DNA of 64,000 nt from Candidatus Enterousia sp. (GTDB taxonomy: Bacteria; Pseudomonadota; Alphaproteobacteria; Rs-D84), in contig JAZKZR010000010.1 in the NCBI GenBank assembly GCA_045612805.1, positions 195,136 through 259,135 on the forward strand. Direction: 5' to 3'. Below are positions 9,210-19,702 of this stretch, piece by piece (position 1 is the stretch's first letter; every line of letters begins with the position of its first letter). The notes under the pieces are model-generated. The model did not search any database. It was given only the letters and a program-made list of their open reading frames with translations, and was not told where the DNA came from. The translations under genes and the position numbers were made by a program.

Positions 9210-9719
9210 ATGGTTGAATCAATGGATAGGCATGCGCGCCAGGACGCACGCACCAAAGAGGTTATCGAACGCGAACGCGCCCGCCAAGAAGAACGTAAAA
9301 ATGGTTTGCCATCATTTTTGGTGGTGTCTGGTTGGTTGCTTAAAATATTATCAAAACCACAATATAACCGTTTTCAAAGCGATATCGATACAATTAAGGA
9401 CAGTTTTGCACTATATTGTGGCGAAAATAGTAATGCGCTAAATTTAACAAACATGATATATTCACATCGCGTTGCTAGAATAATGATAGGGCATATAGTA
9501 AAATATAATCCGGGTGTGTTTGATAAAATGATCAGAGATCCAGAAACGGTTACTGACCCGGAAACACAATCATATATTATCGCGGGTCATTTGAAAGAAC
9601 ACCCTGGTGATGCATACAAAGTCATCGAAAAATTTAAACGTGGCGATATTGATCCGAAGGTTTACAATAAGGCGCTAAGGTATGTCGCTCGATTGAACGT
9701 CGCGGAAAAATGCAGATAA
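9210..9719 (+). CDS. Hypothetical protein
   Basis: 169-aa ORF. Confidence 0.45.
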   Translation: MVESMDRHARQDARTKEVIERERARQEERKNGLPSFLVVSGWLLKILSKPQYNRFQSDIDTIKDSFALYCGENSNALNLTNMIYSHRVARIMIGHIVKYNPGVFDKMIRDPETVTDPETQSYIIAGHLKEHPGDAYKVIEKFKRGDIDPKVYNKALRYVARLNVAEKCR

Positions 9720-9750
9720 AAAACGGTGCGAATTTGCACCGTTTTCTTTT
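9720..9750. terminator. Hairpin terminator between convergent genes
   Basis: aaacggtgc-gaattt-gcaccgttt followed by a T-run. Confidence 0.45.
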
Positions 9751-9764
9751 ATGCTTTTCAATTC

Positions 9765-10391
9765 TCAATCATCAATTTTTGCGTATTCACAGAAACCTTC
9801 ACTGGTGTCGCAACGCGAAATTGTTCCTTCGCTAATGAAATATCCCTGGGGGTGCAGACACGCCGGGCAAACGGTTGGTGCCTCAAGTCCTATGTGCCAC
9901 ATACCACAATTCGTGCAACGCCACATAACGATTTTATCCTGTTTGAACAAGGTTCCATTCTCAATCGCATCAATCAGTGCGCGGAAACGCGATTCATGAT
10001 AACGTTCCGCAAGCCCGATGTTTCTTAGCACCGACGCGATGGAATCAAAACCTTCTTCGGCGGCGATTTGTGCAAAACGCGGATACATATCGGTGTTTTC
10101 TTCATGTTCGCCGTATGCCGCCGCCTGCAAATTTTCAAGTGTTGTGCCAATTTTCCCCGCCGGGAAAGATGCGGTTATTTCGATTGCACCGCCCTCTAAG
10201 AACTTGAACAAACGCGACGCATGTTCGCGTTCTTGTTCGGCCGTTTCGGTAAAGATTTTACCAATCGCCTGAAAACCTTCGTCCTTGGCGCGTGACGCAA
10301 AGAAAGAATAACGGTTGCGCGCCTGGGATTCGCCGGCGAATGCAATCAGCAAATTTTTTTCGGTTTGTGTGCCTTTTAATGATATAGACAT
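9765..10391 (-). CDS. rbr: Rubrerythrin (ferritin-like di-iron domain plus C-terminal rubredoxin-like CxxC...CxxC)
   Basis: EKNLLIAFAGESQARNRY...EQEREHASRLFKFL...YGEHEE di-iron ligand pattern, followed by CTNCGMW...CPAC. Confidence 0.85.
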   Translation of the reverse strand: MSISLKGTQTEKNLLIAFAGESQARNRYSFFASRAKDEGFQAIGKIFTETAEQEREHASRLFKFLEGGAIEITASFPAGKIGTTLENLQAAAYGEHEENTDMYPRFAQIAAEEGFDSIASVLRNIGLAERYHESRFRALIDAIENGTLFKQDKIVMWRCTNCGMWHIGLEAPTVCPACLHPQGYFISEGTISRCDTSEGFCEYAKIDD

Positions 10392-10454
10392 ATTTTTCTC
10401 CTTGGGTTAAATTTGCCACTATCATAACAGGCACCGCCACAAAAAGCAAAGCAA

Positions 10455-12525
<2,071 letters not shown>

Positions 12526-12546
12526 AACAAACAAAAAGGTGAAAAA

Positions 12547-12780
12547 ATGTTAGGAAAAATGAAAAAAATATTCTTTGGTGGTATATTCTGCGCATTGTAT
12601 ATTTCGTTTATTGCACAGTTTGTTTATGTGCTGGGTTGGATTTCCATGAACGATGGAAAGTTGGCGTTTTTGGCCGCACTGTCACTTGAATGGTTGTTCT
12701 TGATTGGTGCACGTTATTTATCACGCCGCAGTGGTGTTGCCCAACAAAAACCGGGCTTTAACGGTGGTCGCCGTCACTAA
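12547..12780 (+). CDS. Small hydrophobic protein (hypothetical)
   Basis: 77 aa with two hydrophobic helices. AAAAAGGTGAAAAA ribosome-binding site. Confidence 0.35.
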   Translation: MLGKMKKIFFGGIFCALYISFIAQFVYVLGWISMNDGKLAFLAALSLEWLFLIGARYLSRRSGVAQQKPGFNGGRRH

Positions 12781-12950
12781 ACATTGGCATTGTGTCAAAT
12801 AAAAAGTTCCCGAATTTTCGGGGATTTTTTTTTGTTACAGCGGGATAAGGACAAACAAAACGTGTCCACAGTAACCACCAACACTAACCACTAACACTTT
12901 GCATTATTGCTCTTGAAAAGTGTAAAAAATAATTCTATATTTATCTTGCT

Positions 12951-14708
12951 ATGAAAGAATATATTCTACCTTGTCGGGATTTAGTTGTGCATCCGGATAT
13001 GACGGTGCCACTTTACATTGATAATCCTGTTTCGATTTCTTGCATAAAGTCCGCCGCCGGCCTGACCCAGCGGGTCGTTATCGTTCCGCAACACGGGGGA
13101 TCATATCCGACCGCGCCGGGTGACCTGTATGAATACGGTACAATCGGCGACGTGGTTCAATTGTTGCATATGCCGGACGGTTCAATTCATTCCATTATCC
13201 GCACGACAAATGTTGTCCGGTTAAACAATATAACGGTTGTTGATGGCGTTTTCTGTGCGGACACGGAAACGATTCCAATGGCGGACGATATTGCGGACGA
13301 ACGCACGATCCTTATGCGGGACAAGGTTTTTGAAACAATTCAAAGTATATCGACTTTTCGTAAACTTAAAATCGATAAATTGCGCGGCGTGATTCAAAAT
13401 TATCCAATGCCGGCGTTTGTGGATTCGGTCTTGCAAACGATGGAGATTGATACCGACATGGCGGTTCGCGTTTTAACCACGCCGTCATGGTATGATAAAA
13501 TGGTCATGCTGTATGAAAAGATTAAGGTTATCCAAGAAACGTCCAAGGTTGAAGACAGTATAAATCGTCGCATCAGTATGCAAATGGAACAAGGCCGTCG
13601 CGAGGCGATTTTGCAAGAAAAAATGCGTGCGATTCAAAAAGAAATGGGCGAAGATGACGATATGGAAGATTCCACATCAATGCGTAAAAAAATTGAAAAA
13701 TCGTCTATGCCGGCGGATGTCAAAGAAAAGGCGATGACCGAATGGAAACGCATGCGCAATATGTCGCCAATGTCAAACGAAGGCGGCCTTATTAAAACAT
13801 ATTTGGAAGAATTACTTGCCATGCCGTGGGATAAATCCGATAAATCTGAAATTGATTTGAATGCGGCGCGTAAAACATTGGATGCGGAACATTCCGGCAT
13901 GCGGCCCGTCAAAGAAAGAATTTTGGAACATATCGCGGTTATGAAGAAAACCGGCTCTAATCGTGGCAGTATTCTATGCTTTGTCGGTGCGCCGGGTGTT
14001 GGAAAAACATCACTTTGCAAATCTATTGCGACCGCACTTGGGCGGAAATATGCACGAATTTCACTTGGTGGCGTTTCGGACGAGGCACATTTTAGGGGAC
14101 ACCGCAAAACCTATATCGGGGCGCAGACCGGGCGCATTATGGACGCATTGAAACGCGCAAAGTCTAATAATCCGGTTATTGTTTTGGATGAAATCGATAA
14201 AATGGGGCGCGATTGGCGCGGCGACCCGGAATCCGCACTTTTGGAAGTTTTGGACCCAGAGCAGAATAGGGCGTTCCGTGACCATTATTTAGAGGTGGAT
14301 TTTGACCTGTCGAACGTTCTGTTCATCGCAACGGCGAACAGTTTGAATATGTCAAGCGCATTGAAGGACCGTATGGAAATCATCGAAATTCCGGGTTATG
14401 GCGAAGATGAAAAGGTTCAAATCACCCGCGAACATTTAATTGCGCGCGCCGCGGCGGATACCGGTTGGGATGTGGATAAAATAACGATGACCGATGATGC
14501 AATTCGTCATATAATCCGCAAATATACGGCGGAACAGGGGGTGCGTGGGCTGCAACGTGAAATAACCGCGATTTTGCGCCGGTCGTTACTTGAAAACGAT
14601 GGCGAAGACGTACCAACGGAATTCAGCGTGGAAAAAATTGACGATTTATTGTCGCTGCATCAATCCGCCGGTTTTTCAAAGCGCATCGGTTTCGGGGTTG
14701 GTATATAG
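12951..14708 (+). CDS. lon: Lon-like ATPase with LON N-domain plus AAA+ module but no protease domain (truncated Lon)
   Basis: Walker A GAPGVGKTS and the alpha-helical subdomain are present. The ORF stops at ...NRIGFGVGI, the position where the Lon protease domain normally begins. tsaB starts 11 bp later. Confidence 0.75.
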   Translation: MKEYILPCRDLVVHPDMTVPLYIDNPVSISCIKSAAGLTQRVVIVPQHGGSYPTAPGDLYEYGTIGDVVQLLHMPDGSIHSIIRTTNVVRLNNITVVDGVFCADTETIPMADDIADERTILMRDKVFETIQSISTFRKLKIDKLRGVIQNYPMPAFVDSVLQTMEIDTDMAVRVLTTPSWYDKMVMLYEKIKVIQETSKVEDSINRRISMQMEQGRREAILQEKMRAIQKEMGEDDDMEDSTSMRKKIEKSSMPADVKEKAMTEWKRMRNMSPMSNEGGLIKTYLEELLAMPWDKSDKSEIDLNAARKTLDAEHSGMRPVKERILEHIAVMKKTGSNRGSILCFVGAPGVGKTSLCKSIATALGRKYARISLGGVSDEAHFRGHRKTYIGAQTGRIMDALKRAKSNNPVIVLDEIDKMGRDWRGDPESALLEVLDPEQNRAFRDHYLEVDFDLSNVLFIATANSLNMSSALKDRMEIIEIPGYGEDEKVQITREHLIARAAADTGWDVDKITMTDDAIRHIIRKYTAEQGVRGLQREITAILRRSLLENDGEDVPTEFSVEKIDDLLSLHQSAGFSKRIGFGVGI

Positions 14709-14718
14709 GGTATAAAAA

Positions 14719-15255
14719 ATGATTTTTGTTATAAACACATCTGGCACCGGTTTGGAATTTGTTTTGGATGACCATTACAAAGCGGTCGCGGTGGAAAAAC
14801 AATCATTGGCATTGACGACGGCGGCGGAATCTTTTTTGACCGAATGCGGCGCGAATTGGCGCGACATAACCGCGATTGGGGTTGTCACCGGCCCGGGCAG
14901 TTTCACCGGAATCCGCATGGGAATCGCCTATGCCAAGGGTATTGCGATGGGTTTGAATATCCCGGTTGTGGGGCTTAGTGCGTTTGACTTATATCATGCC
15001 GCCACGCCTGATGCATTTGTCGCGATTGATTCGGGACGTGGCGATTTTTTTGTGGCGTCGCCCCACCACGCGCCATGCACCATGACAATTGAACAAGTGG
15101 AAACGGAACAAATGAAATGTCCACGCACCGTTGGTCATCGGCCCTTTGATTTGAAACTTGCGCCGGCGATTGTGGCGGATAAAATCGCGCGCGGTGCGGT
15201 TGAACCGGTCGTGCCAATGTATCTGCGCCCAAGTTATGCCGAAGAAAAGAGGTAA
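14719..15255 (+). CDS. tsaB: tRNA threonylcarbamoyladenosine biosynthesis protein TsaB (YeaZ)
   Basis: GVVTGPGSFTGIRMGIAYAKG motif. Confidence 0.75.
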   Translation: MIFVINTSGTGLEFVLDDHYKAVAVEKQSLALTTAAESFLTECGANWRDITAIGVVTGPGSFTGIRMGIAYAKGIAMGLNIPVVGLSAFDLYHAATPDAFVAIDSGRGDFFVASPHHAPCTMTIEQVETEQMKCPRTVGHRPFDLKLAPAIVADKIARGAVEPVVPMYLRPSYAEEKR

Positions 15256-15260
15256 ATAAC

Positions 15261-15446
15261 ATGTTGAAAAAAGAAGAAATTGTTAAACGGATTAAATTGG
15301 AAAAATGCAAATCACCGGCAAAAGCCGAAAGGTATTTGCATGATATATATGATCATAAAATTCACAGTTACGTTGAAAGATGCATATTTGCTGGGTATGT
15401 TGCTGGCGTATGCGAATCAATACGGCGTAATCAAAAATCCAGGTAA
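15261..15446 (+). CDS. Small hypothetical ORF between tsaB and rimI
   Basis: 61-aa ORF, tightly packed in the operon and possibly spurious. Confidence 0.25.
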   Translation: MLKKEEIVKRIKLEKCKSPAKAERYLHDIYDHKIHSYVERCIFAGYVAGVCESIRRNQKSR

Positions 15447-15448
15447 AA

Positions 15449-15835
15449 ATGCTAAATAAACTTGCCGATTTACATAAACTTTGTTTCCCGCACAAACCGT
15501 GGACGGCGGACGATTTCAGTGACCTAAAAAAATCCGGTTGTGAAATTGTGGCGTCTGAAAACGGTTTTATCGTTTGGCGCACTGCTTGCGATGAATCGGA
15601 AATTATCACAATCGGTGTTCACCCCGCCGCGCGTGGCGATGGAATTGCGACCGCGATGCTGGGGCTAATGGAACACGAAATCAAAAAGGCCGGTGTTAAA
15701 AAGATATTTTTGGAGGTATCCGCCGAAAACGCGCCCGCAATCGCACTGTATAAAAAATGCGGATTTATCGAAAACGGCCGCCGCGCAAAATACTATGACG
15801 GTGTGGATGCAATTTTAATGGTAAAAAATATTTGA
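15449..15835 (+). CDS. rimI: GNAT acetyltransferase, RimI-like (ribosomal-protein-alanine acetyltransferase)
   Basis: Position directly after tsaB, plus GNAT motif IGVHPAARGDGIATAML...LYKKCGF. Confidence 0.7.
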   Translation: MLNKLADLHKLCFPHKPWTADDFSDLKKSGCEIVASENGFIVWRTACDESEIITIGVHPAARGDGIATAMLGLMEHEIKKAGVKKIFLEVSAENAPAIALYKKCGFIENGRRAKYYDGVDAILMVKNI

Positions 15836-15889
15836 CATCCTTGGCACTTTGTGTAAACTGACCCGCGACATATAACAAAAGGTGAAAAA

Positions 15890-16432
15890 ATGGAAGAAAA
15901 ACAAATAACAACAAAACAACAGGAAATTTTAAATAATATGGCCCCAACAATTACTGAAAAACTTGGCGTTGACCTGGCTGAGGTAACAATGGAAGCAAGT
16001 TTTACAAACGACCTTGGGGCGGATTCTCTTGATATGGTTGAATTAATGATGGATTTTGAAAAAGAATATCATCTAAGCATCCCGGACAATCAACAGGAAA
16101 ACATAGTGGCCGTTGGCGATGTGGTTAGGTTGATTGAAAAAATGCAGGCCGACCCTGATTGGCTTCCGCCCGTGAAACTTACTCAGCAACCAACTGCGTC
16201 CAAAGTTGCGAATCCGAAAACAACCGCTGGTGCAAAAACGCAAAAACAACCAAAGCCCGCCACCGTTGCTAAAAAGCCCGCCAGGACAAAAACATCCAAA
16301 AATGTGTCGGCAGATCCATTGCAAACTACGGTTGGTGAATTACTAGAAATGCCGGTCGAACAAGCATTAAATTTGTTTAATCAAATCCGGACACAAATGG
16401 CACTTCGGGCGCGGGCGGAAAAAAAGAAATAA
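15890..16432 (+). CDS. Acyl-carrier-protein domain protein with a long Lys/Ala/Thr/Pro-rich C-terminal extension
   Basis: GADSLDMVELMMDFEKEY phosphopantetheine attachment motif. The ORF is 180 aa, whereas a typical ACP is about 78 aa. Confidence 0.65.
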   Translation: MEEKQITTKQQEILNNMAPTITEKLGVDLAEVTMEASFTNDLGADSLDMVELMMDFEKEYHLSIPDNQQENIVAVGDVVRLIEKMQADPDWLPPVKLTQQPTASKVANPKTTAGAKTQKQPKPATVAKKPARTKTSKNVSADPLQTTVGELLEMPVEQALNLFNQIRTQMALRARAEKKK

Positions 16433-16435
16433 AAA

Positions 16436-16461
16436 ATAACGGCAATCGCCGTTATTTTTTA
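16436..16461. terminator. Bidirectional terminator between the ACP gene and the convergent helicase gene
   Basis: aacggc-aatc-gccgtt hairpin followed by a run of six T. Confidence 0.5.
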
Positions 16462-17730
16462 ATTCCCATTCACAAATTCCAACACACGCGGGTCAAATAT
16501 AACATCACGTGGCGCCAGCGGCCGTGCAATATGCATATCGCCGGCCGTCCGTGTGCGTGACAACGCGACATAGGTTTGGCCATGTTCAAACGCCCCGCGC
16601 GAAATATCAACAATCACGGTATCAAGGGTTTTGCCCTGGGCTTTGTGAATTGTCATTGCATAGCCAAGCATTAGCGGAAATTGCTTGTACGCGCCGGTTT
16701 CGTTTTCTTGCAAACGGTCATTTTCATCGCGCGTGTATTCAATCTTTTGCCACTTTTCGGGTTTTACCAAAACGACATCGCGCCCCGTATTCAACAGTTC
16801 CACCGTAATATCGCGCGCGCCCAGTGCCCGCACCACCCCCATCGACCCATTGTGCCATTTATCACCGTTTTTGACAAAGACGACCAACGCCCCGACTTTC
16901 AGTTCCAGATTCATCGGCGCCGGCACATCGCGTTCGGCAAAGTTCCCGGTAATTTGCCCGGTATATCGCACCAGTGGCGCACCAATCGCATTCAGCCGTT
17001 CGGCATTTATCCGTTCGGCAACCGCGCGAAAGGGTGTAATTATAACGGCATTTTCGCGCCGCGTCGCGTCATCAATTTGGCATGTATTAAAAAACGAAAG
17101 CGCACCCACATCACCGCTGCGTAACGCGTTCAGGTTCGTCAACAACCCCGTATCATTTTGCCGATACACTAAATCAAAGTTAAACCGTACGAAATCCGCC
17201 CGCCGGTAAACATTGCTGTCGAAAAAGTACGCGTGTTCATGTTCGTATGCCTGTTTGAAAAACGTGGTCGCGTCGCGCGTTATAACCGGTGGCAATTGAA
17301 ACAGGTCGCCAATCGCCACAACCTGAATCCCGCCAAAGGGTTCATTGTTACGCCGCGCCTGACGCGATAAAATATCCATCGCGTCCATCACATCGGGCGA
17401 AATCATCGACACTTCGTCAAGGACCAAAATATCGGTCGCGGTCAAAACATTTCGCACACGCGCCTTTAGTTTCAAAAATTCCGGGAATACAAAGTCACGC
17501 GGTTGAATCTGAAACAGCGAATGTATCGTTTGCCCACCAATGTTAAGGGCGGCAACAGCGGTCGGACATGCGCATATGATTCTTTTCTTAGATGCGGACT
17601 TTAAGTAATTAACAAAAGTGGATTTTCCTGTTCCGGCACTGCCCAAAATCAGCACGTTTTGATGGGTGTTTTCAATAGTATCGAACACGATTTTTTGTTC
17701 ATCACTTAAAATTTTAACGATTTCCGACAT
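16459..17730 (-). CDS. Pif1/RecD-family ATP-dependent DNA helicase
   Basis: Walker A GSAGTGKST. The N-terminal motif DEQKIVFD is typical of Pif1. Motif II LVLDEVSM. 423 aa. Confidence 0.75.
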   Translation of the reverse strand: MSEIVKILSDEQKIVFDTIENTHQNVLILGSAGTGKSTFVNYLKSASKKRIICACPTAVAALNIGGQTIHSLFQIQPRDFVFPEFLKLKARVRNVLTATDILVLDEVSMISPDVMDAMDILSRQARRNNEPFGGIQVVAIGDLFQLPPVITRDATTFFKQAYEHEHAYFFDSNVYRRADFVRFNFDLVYRQNDTGLLTNLNALRSGDVGALSFFNTCQIDDATRRENAVIITPFRAVAERINAERLNAIGAPLVRYTGQITGNFAERDVPAPMNLELKVGALVVFVKNGDKWHNGSMGVVRALGARDITVELLNTGRDVVLVKPEKWQKIEYTRDENDRLQENETGAYKQFPLMLGYAMTIHKAQGKTLDTVIVDISRGAFEHGQTYVALSRTRTAGDMHIARPLAPRDVIFDPRVLEFVNGN

Positions 17731-17804
17731 GCGCCCATTTTGGCATAACGAATATCAAAAATAAAGGGAAAAAGACGGATTTATATTGTCTTTTTGGCAC
17801 AGGT

Positions 17805-19091
17805 GTGATAAAATTCCCATACATGAGAGGGAATTTTTGCCACCGATTAACAAAGAAAGAATGGGTAATAACCGCTTTTGCGGTATTTCATACTGTTTCT
17901 AATCTGTTTCTTGGGACATTTGTTGTGTCTTTTTTAATGCATAACACAATCAATGAAATTGTGTCCATATCGACATATCGTTTTTTCGAAATCTTGGCGA
18001 TATGTCTAACATTTGTTATAACGGCAAATTGGTGCAAAAATGGTAACAGAACGGTACTTTTCGGAATGAACATTGTCACCCGGATTATTTTGATGGGTCT
18101 AATTGCCATACTTGGGTCGAATGCGGCGGGGTGGCTTGTTGTGTTGGGGATCCTTTACGGTATTTTCGAAGGTTTTTATAATTTGCCGATGCACACCATC
18201 ACAATTGAAAATGTTTGTGCCAAAAGAATGGTATTCTTTGTCGGCACCAAAGAAGCGATAGTACATACATTCAAAATCTTGGTGCCCGTCACATTGGGAA
18301 CAATGCTGACCACTACATCGTTGCAAGGTGTCGCATGGGCCATCATGGTTATGGCAATTATGGAATTTTTTATGTTGTTTTTATTGCCACCGTGCCGAAA
18401 TCCAAAACACCAACCAATAGATTTTATCGGTTTTTATAATCACCTAAAGGAAACGCCGGTGTTGCGTAAGATATTTCTTTCGGAATTGTTACGCGGTTTT
18501 GCATGGATTTTGGAAACGGTCGTGGTTATGTACATCGTCGATGCATTTCATACAGACATGAATCTTGGGATATGGTCAACGATTTTTGCAATCTGTACAA
18601 TTGCGGCATCATGGGCATTTGGGCGTTTTTGTTCCAATCGGGATTTCAGGTGGATTGTATTATCTTGCTCTGTATTATTGGCGTTTTCGGCGGCCGCGTT
18701 GATAATTGGTGTAAATAGGTTCAGCATATTGCTTTATTCTTTCGCCTATGCGGTCGGCATTGTCACCACAACTAAAATCTGTGGCACCAACATTTTAAAT
18801 GTCGGGCAATCACGGTTCGTCACAAAAAATATCCGCATAGAATACCTGGTTATGCGTGATGTTGTTCTGTTCTTTGGTCGTTGGGCGGGGTGCCTGTGTT
18901 TGATGTATATCGGTGCATTTAATTTACATGGCGCGTTGCAATATCTTATTGCGATATTATTTTTGTCGCATATCTTGGCGTGCGCGATATCCGCAAGACA
19001 AACGAAATGCCTTAGTGGAAAGTGCGGGCGCTTTCGCGCTCGTCACCCCGCAGTATCGGGCCCCGCGCAAAACAAAGTTTTGCGTGGGTGA
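17805..19091 (+). CDS. Polytopic membrane protein (MFS-like transporter). The 3' end probably lies earlier, because the ORF runs into an intergenic repeat
   Basis: About 12 hydrophobic segments. The last roughly 20 codons are encoded by repeat 19039-19105. Confidence 0.5.
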   Translation: MIKFPYMRGNFCHRLTKKEWVITAFAVFHTVSNLFLGTFVVSFLMHNTINEIVSISTYRFFEILAICLTFVITANWCKNGNRTVLFGMNIVTRIILMGLIAILGSNAAGWLVVLGILYGIFEGFYNLPMHTITIENVCAKRMVFFVGTKEAIVHTFKILVPVTLGTMLTTTSLQGVAWAIMVMAIMEFFMLFLLPPCRNPKHQPIDFIGFYNHLKETPVLRKIFLSELLRGFAWILETVVVMYIVDAFHTDMNLGIWSTIFAICTIAASWAFGRFCSNRDFRWIVLSCSVLLAFSAAALIIGVNRFSILLYSFAYAVGIVTTTKICGTNILNVGQSRFVTKNIRIEYLVMRDVVLFFGRWAGCLCLMYIGAFNLHGALQYLIAILFLSHILACAISARQTKCLSGKCGRFRARHPAVSGPAQNKVLRG

Positions 19092-19105
19092 TTTCACGCG
19101 GGGTC
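19039..19105 (+). repeat. 67-bp structured direct repeat, copy 1, upstream of tRNA-Met
   Basis: Identical to 19399-19465. It contains the palindrome cgcaaaac-aaa-gttttgcg nested inside ccccgcg/cgcgggg arms. Confidence 0.7.
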
Positions 19106-19209
19106 CGGTGGTTTCAACCGTGACGACGAGATCCCGCGTTTCCGCGGAATGACGTCACCACTAAAAAATCCTTGCATCGGCAAACAAACTGTGTAATAAT
19201 GCCCGCGTT

Positions 19210-19286
19210 GGGTTATTAGCTCAGTTGGTTAGAGCGGAGCGCTCATAACGCTTTGGTCGTGGGTTCGAGTCCTACATAACCCACCA
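19210..19286 (+). tRNA. tRNA-Met (CAT), elongator or Ile-lysidine type (G1-C72 pair is intact, so not an initiator)
   Basis: Cloverleaf with anticodon loop CTCATAA, T-loop TTCGAGT, and an encoded CCA. Confidence 0.85.
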
Positions 19287-19398
19287 TCCATCTTTGCCTT
19301 TGGGCGGGGATGTGATAGAGATTTCTCAATTATAATTGAAAAATCACCCACGCCGTCATCCGACGGCGTGTTTTATTCCCGTTACCCCGCTTTTTTTC

Positions 19399-19465
19399 CT
19401 CGTCACCCCGCAGTATCGGGCCCCGCGCAAAACAAAGTTTTGCGTGGGTGATTTCACGCGGGGTC
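19399..19465 (+). repeat. 67-bp structured direct repeat, copy 2, downstream of tRNA-Met
   Basis: 100% identical to copy 1. The 17-bp inverted repeats at 19120-19136 and 19529-19545 flank the same region. Confidence 0.7.
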
Positions 19466-19639
19466 TTGTCGTTCATGTCAAAGTTCAACAAGATACCGCG
19501 TTTCCGCGGTATGACGACAAGGGAAGGCCGGGATCTCGTCGTCACACTTGATACCACCAGATACCGGCCTGCGCCGGTATGACGAATCTGCATAACGATT
19601 CGCAAAAAAATGTCAAAAAAAAAAAATAAAAAAAAGCAA

Positions 19640-19702
19640 CTATTTTTTCTTGCCTTAGATTTTGTATTTTTCTAAGATGAAAGTAAATGAAAGGGAGAAA
19701 TT
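19640..19702 (+). promoter_or_regulatory. Putative promoter and ribosome-binding site of the giant gene
   Basis: cttgcc...N17...taagat (sigma70-like), then AGGGAGA 7 nt before the ATG. Weak, read by eye only. Confidence 0.3.

Noticed and set aside
18913-19605. Small ORFs (79, 91 and 71 aa) over the tRNA-Met and repeat region
   Set aside because: They are encoded largely by the 67-bp repeats and the tRNA gene itself, and are reading-frame artefacts of structured non-coding DNA.
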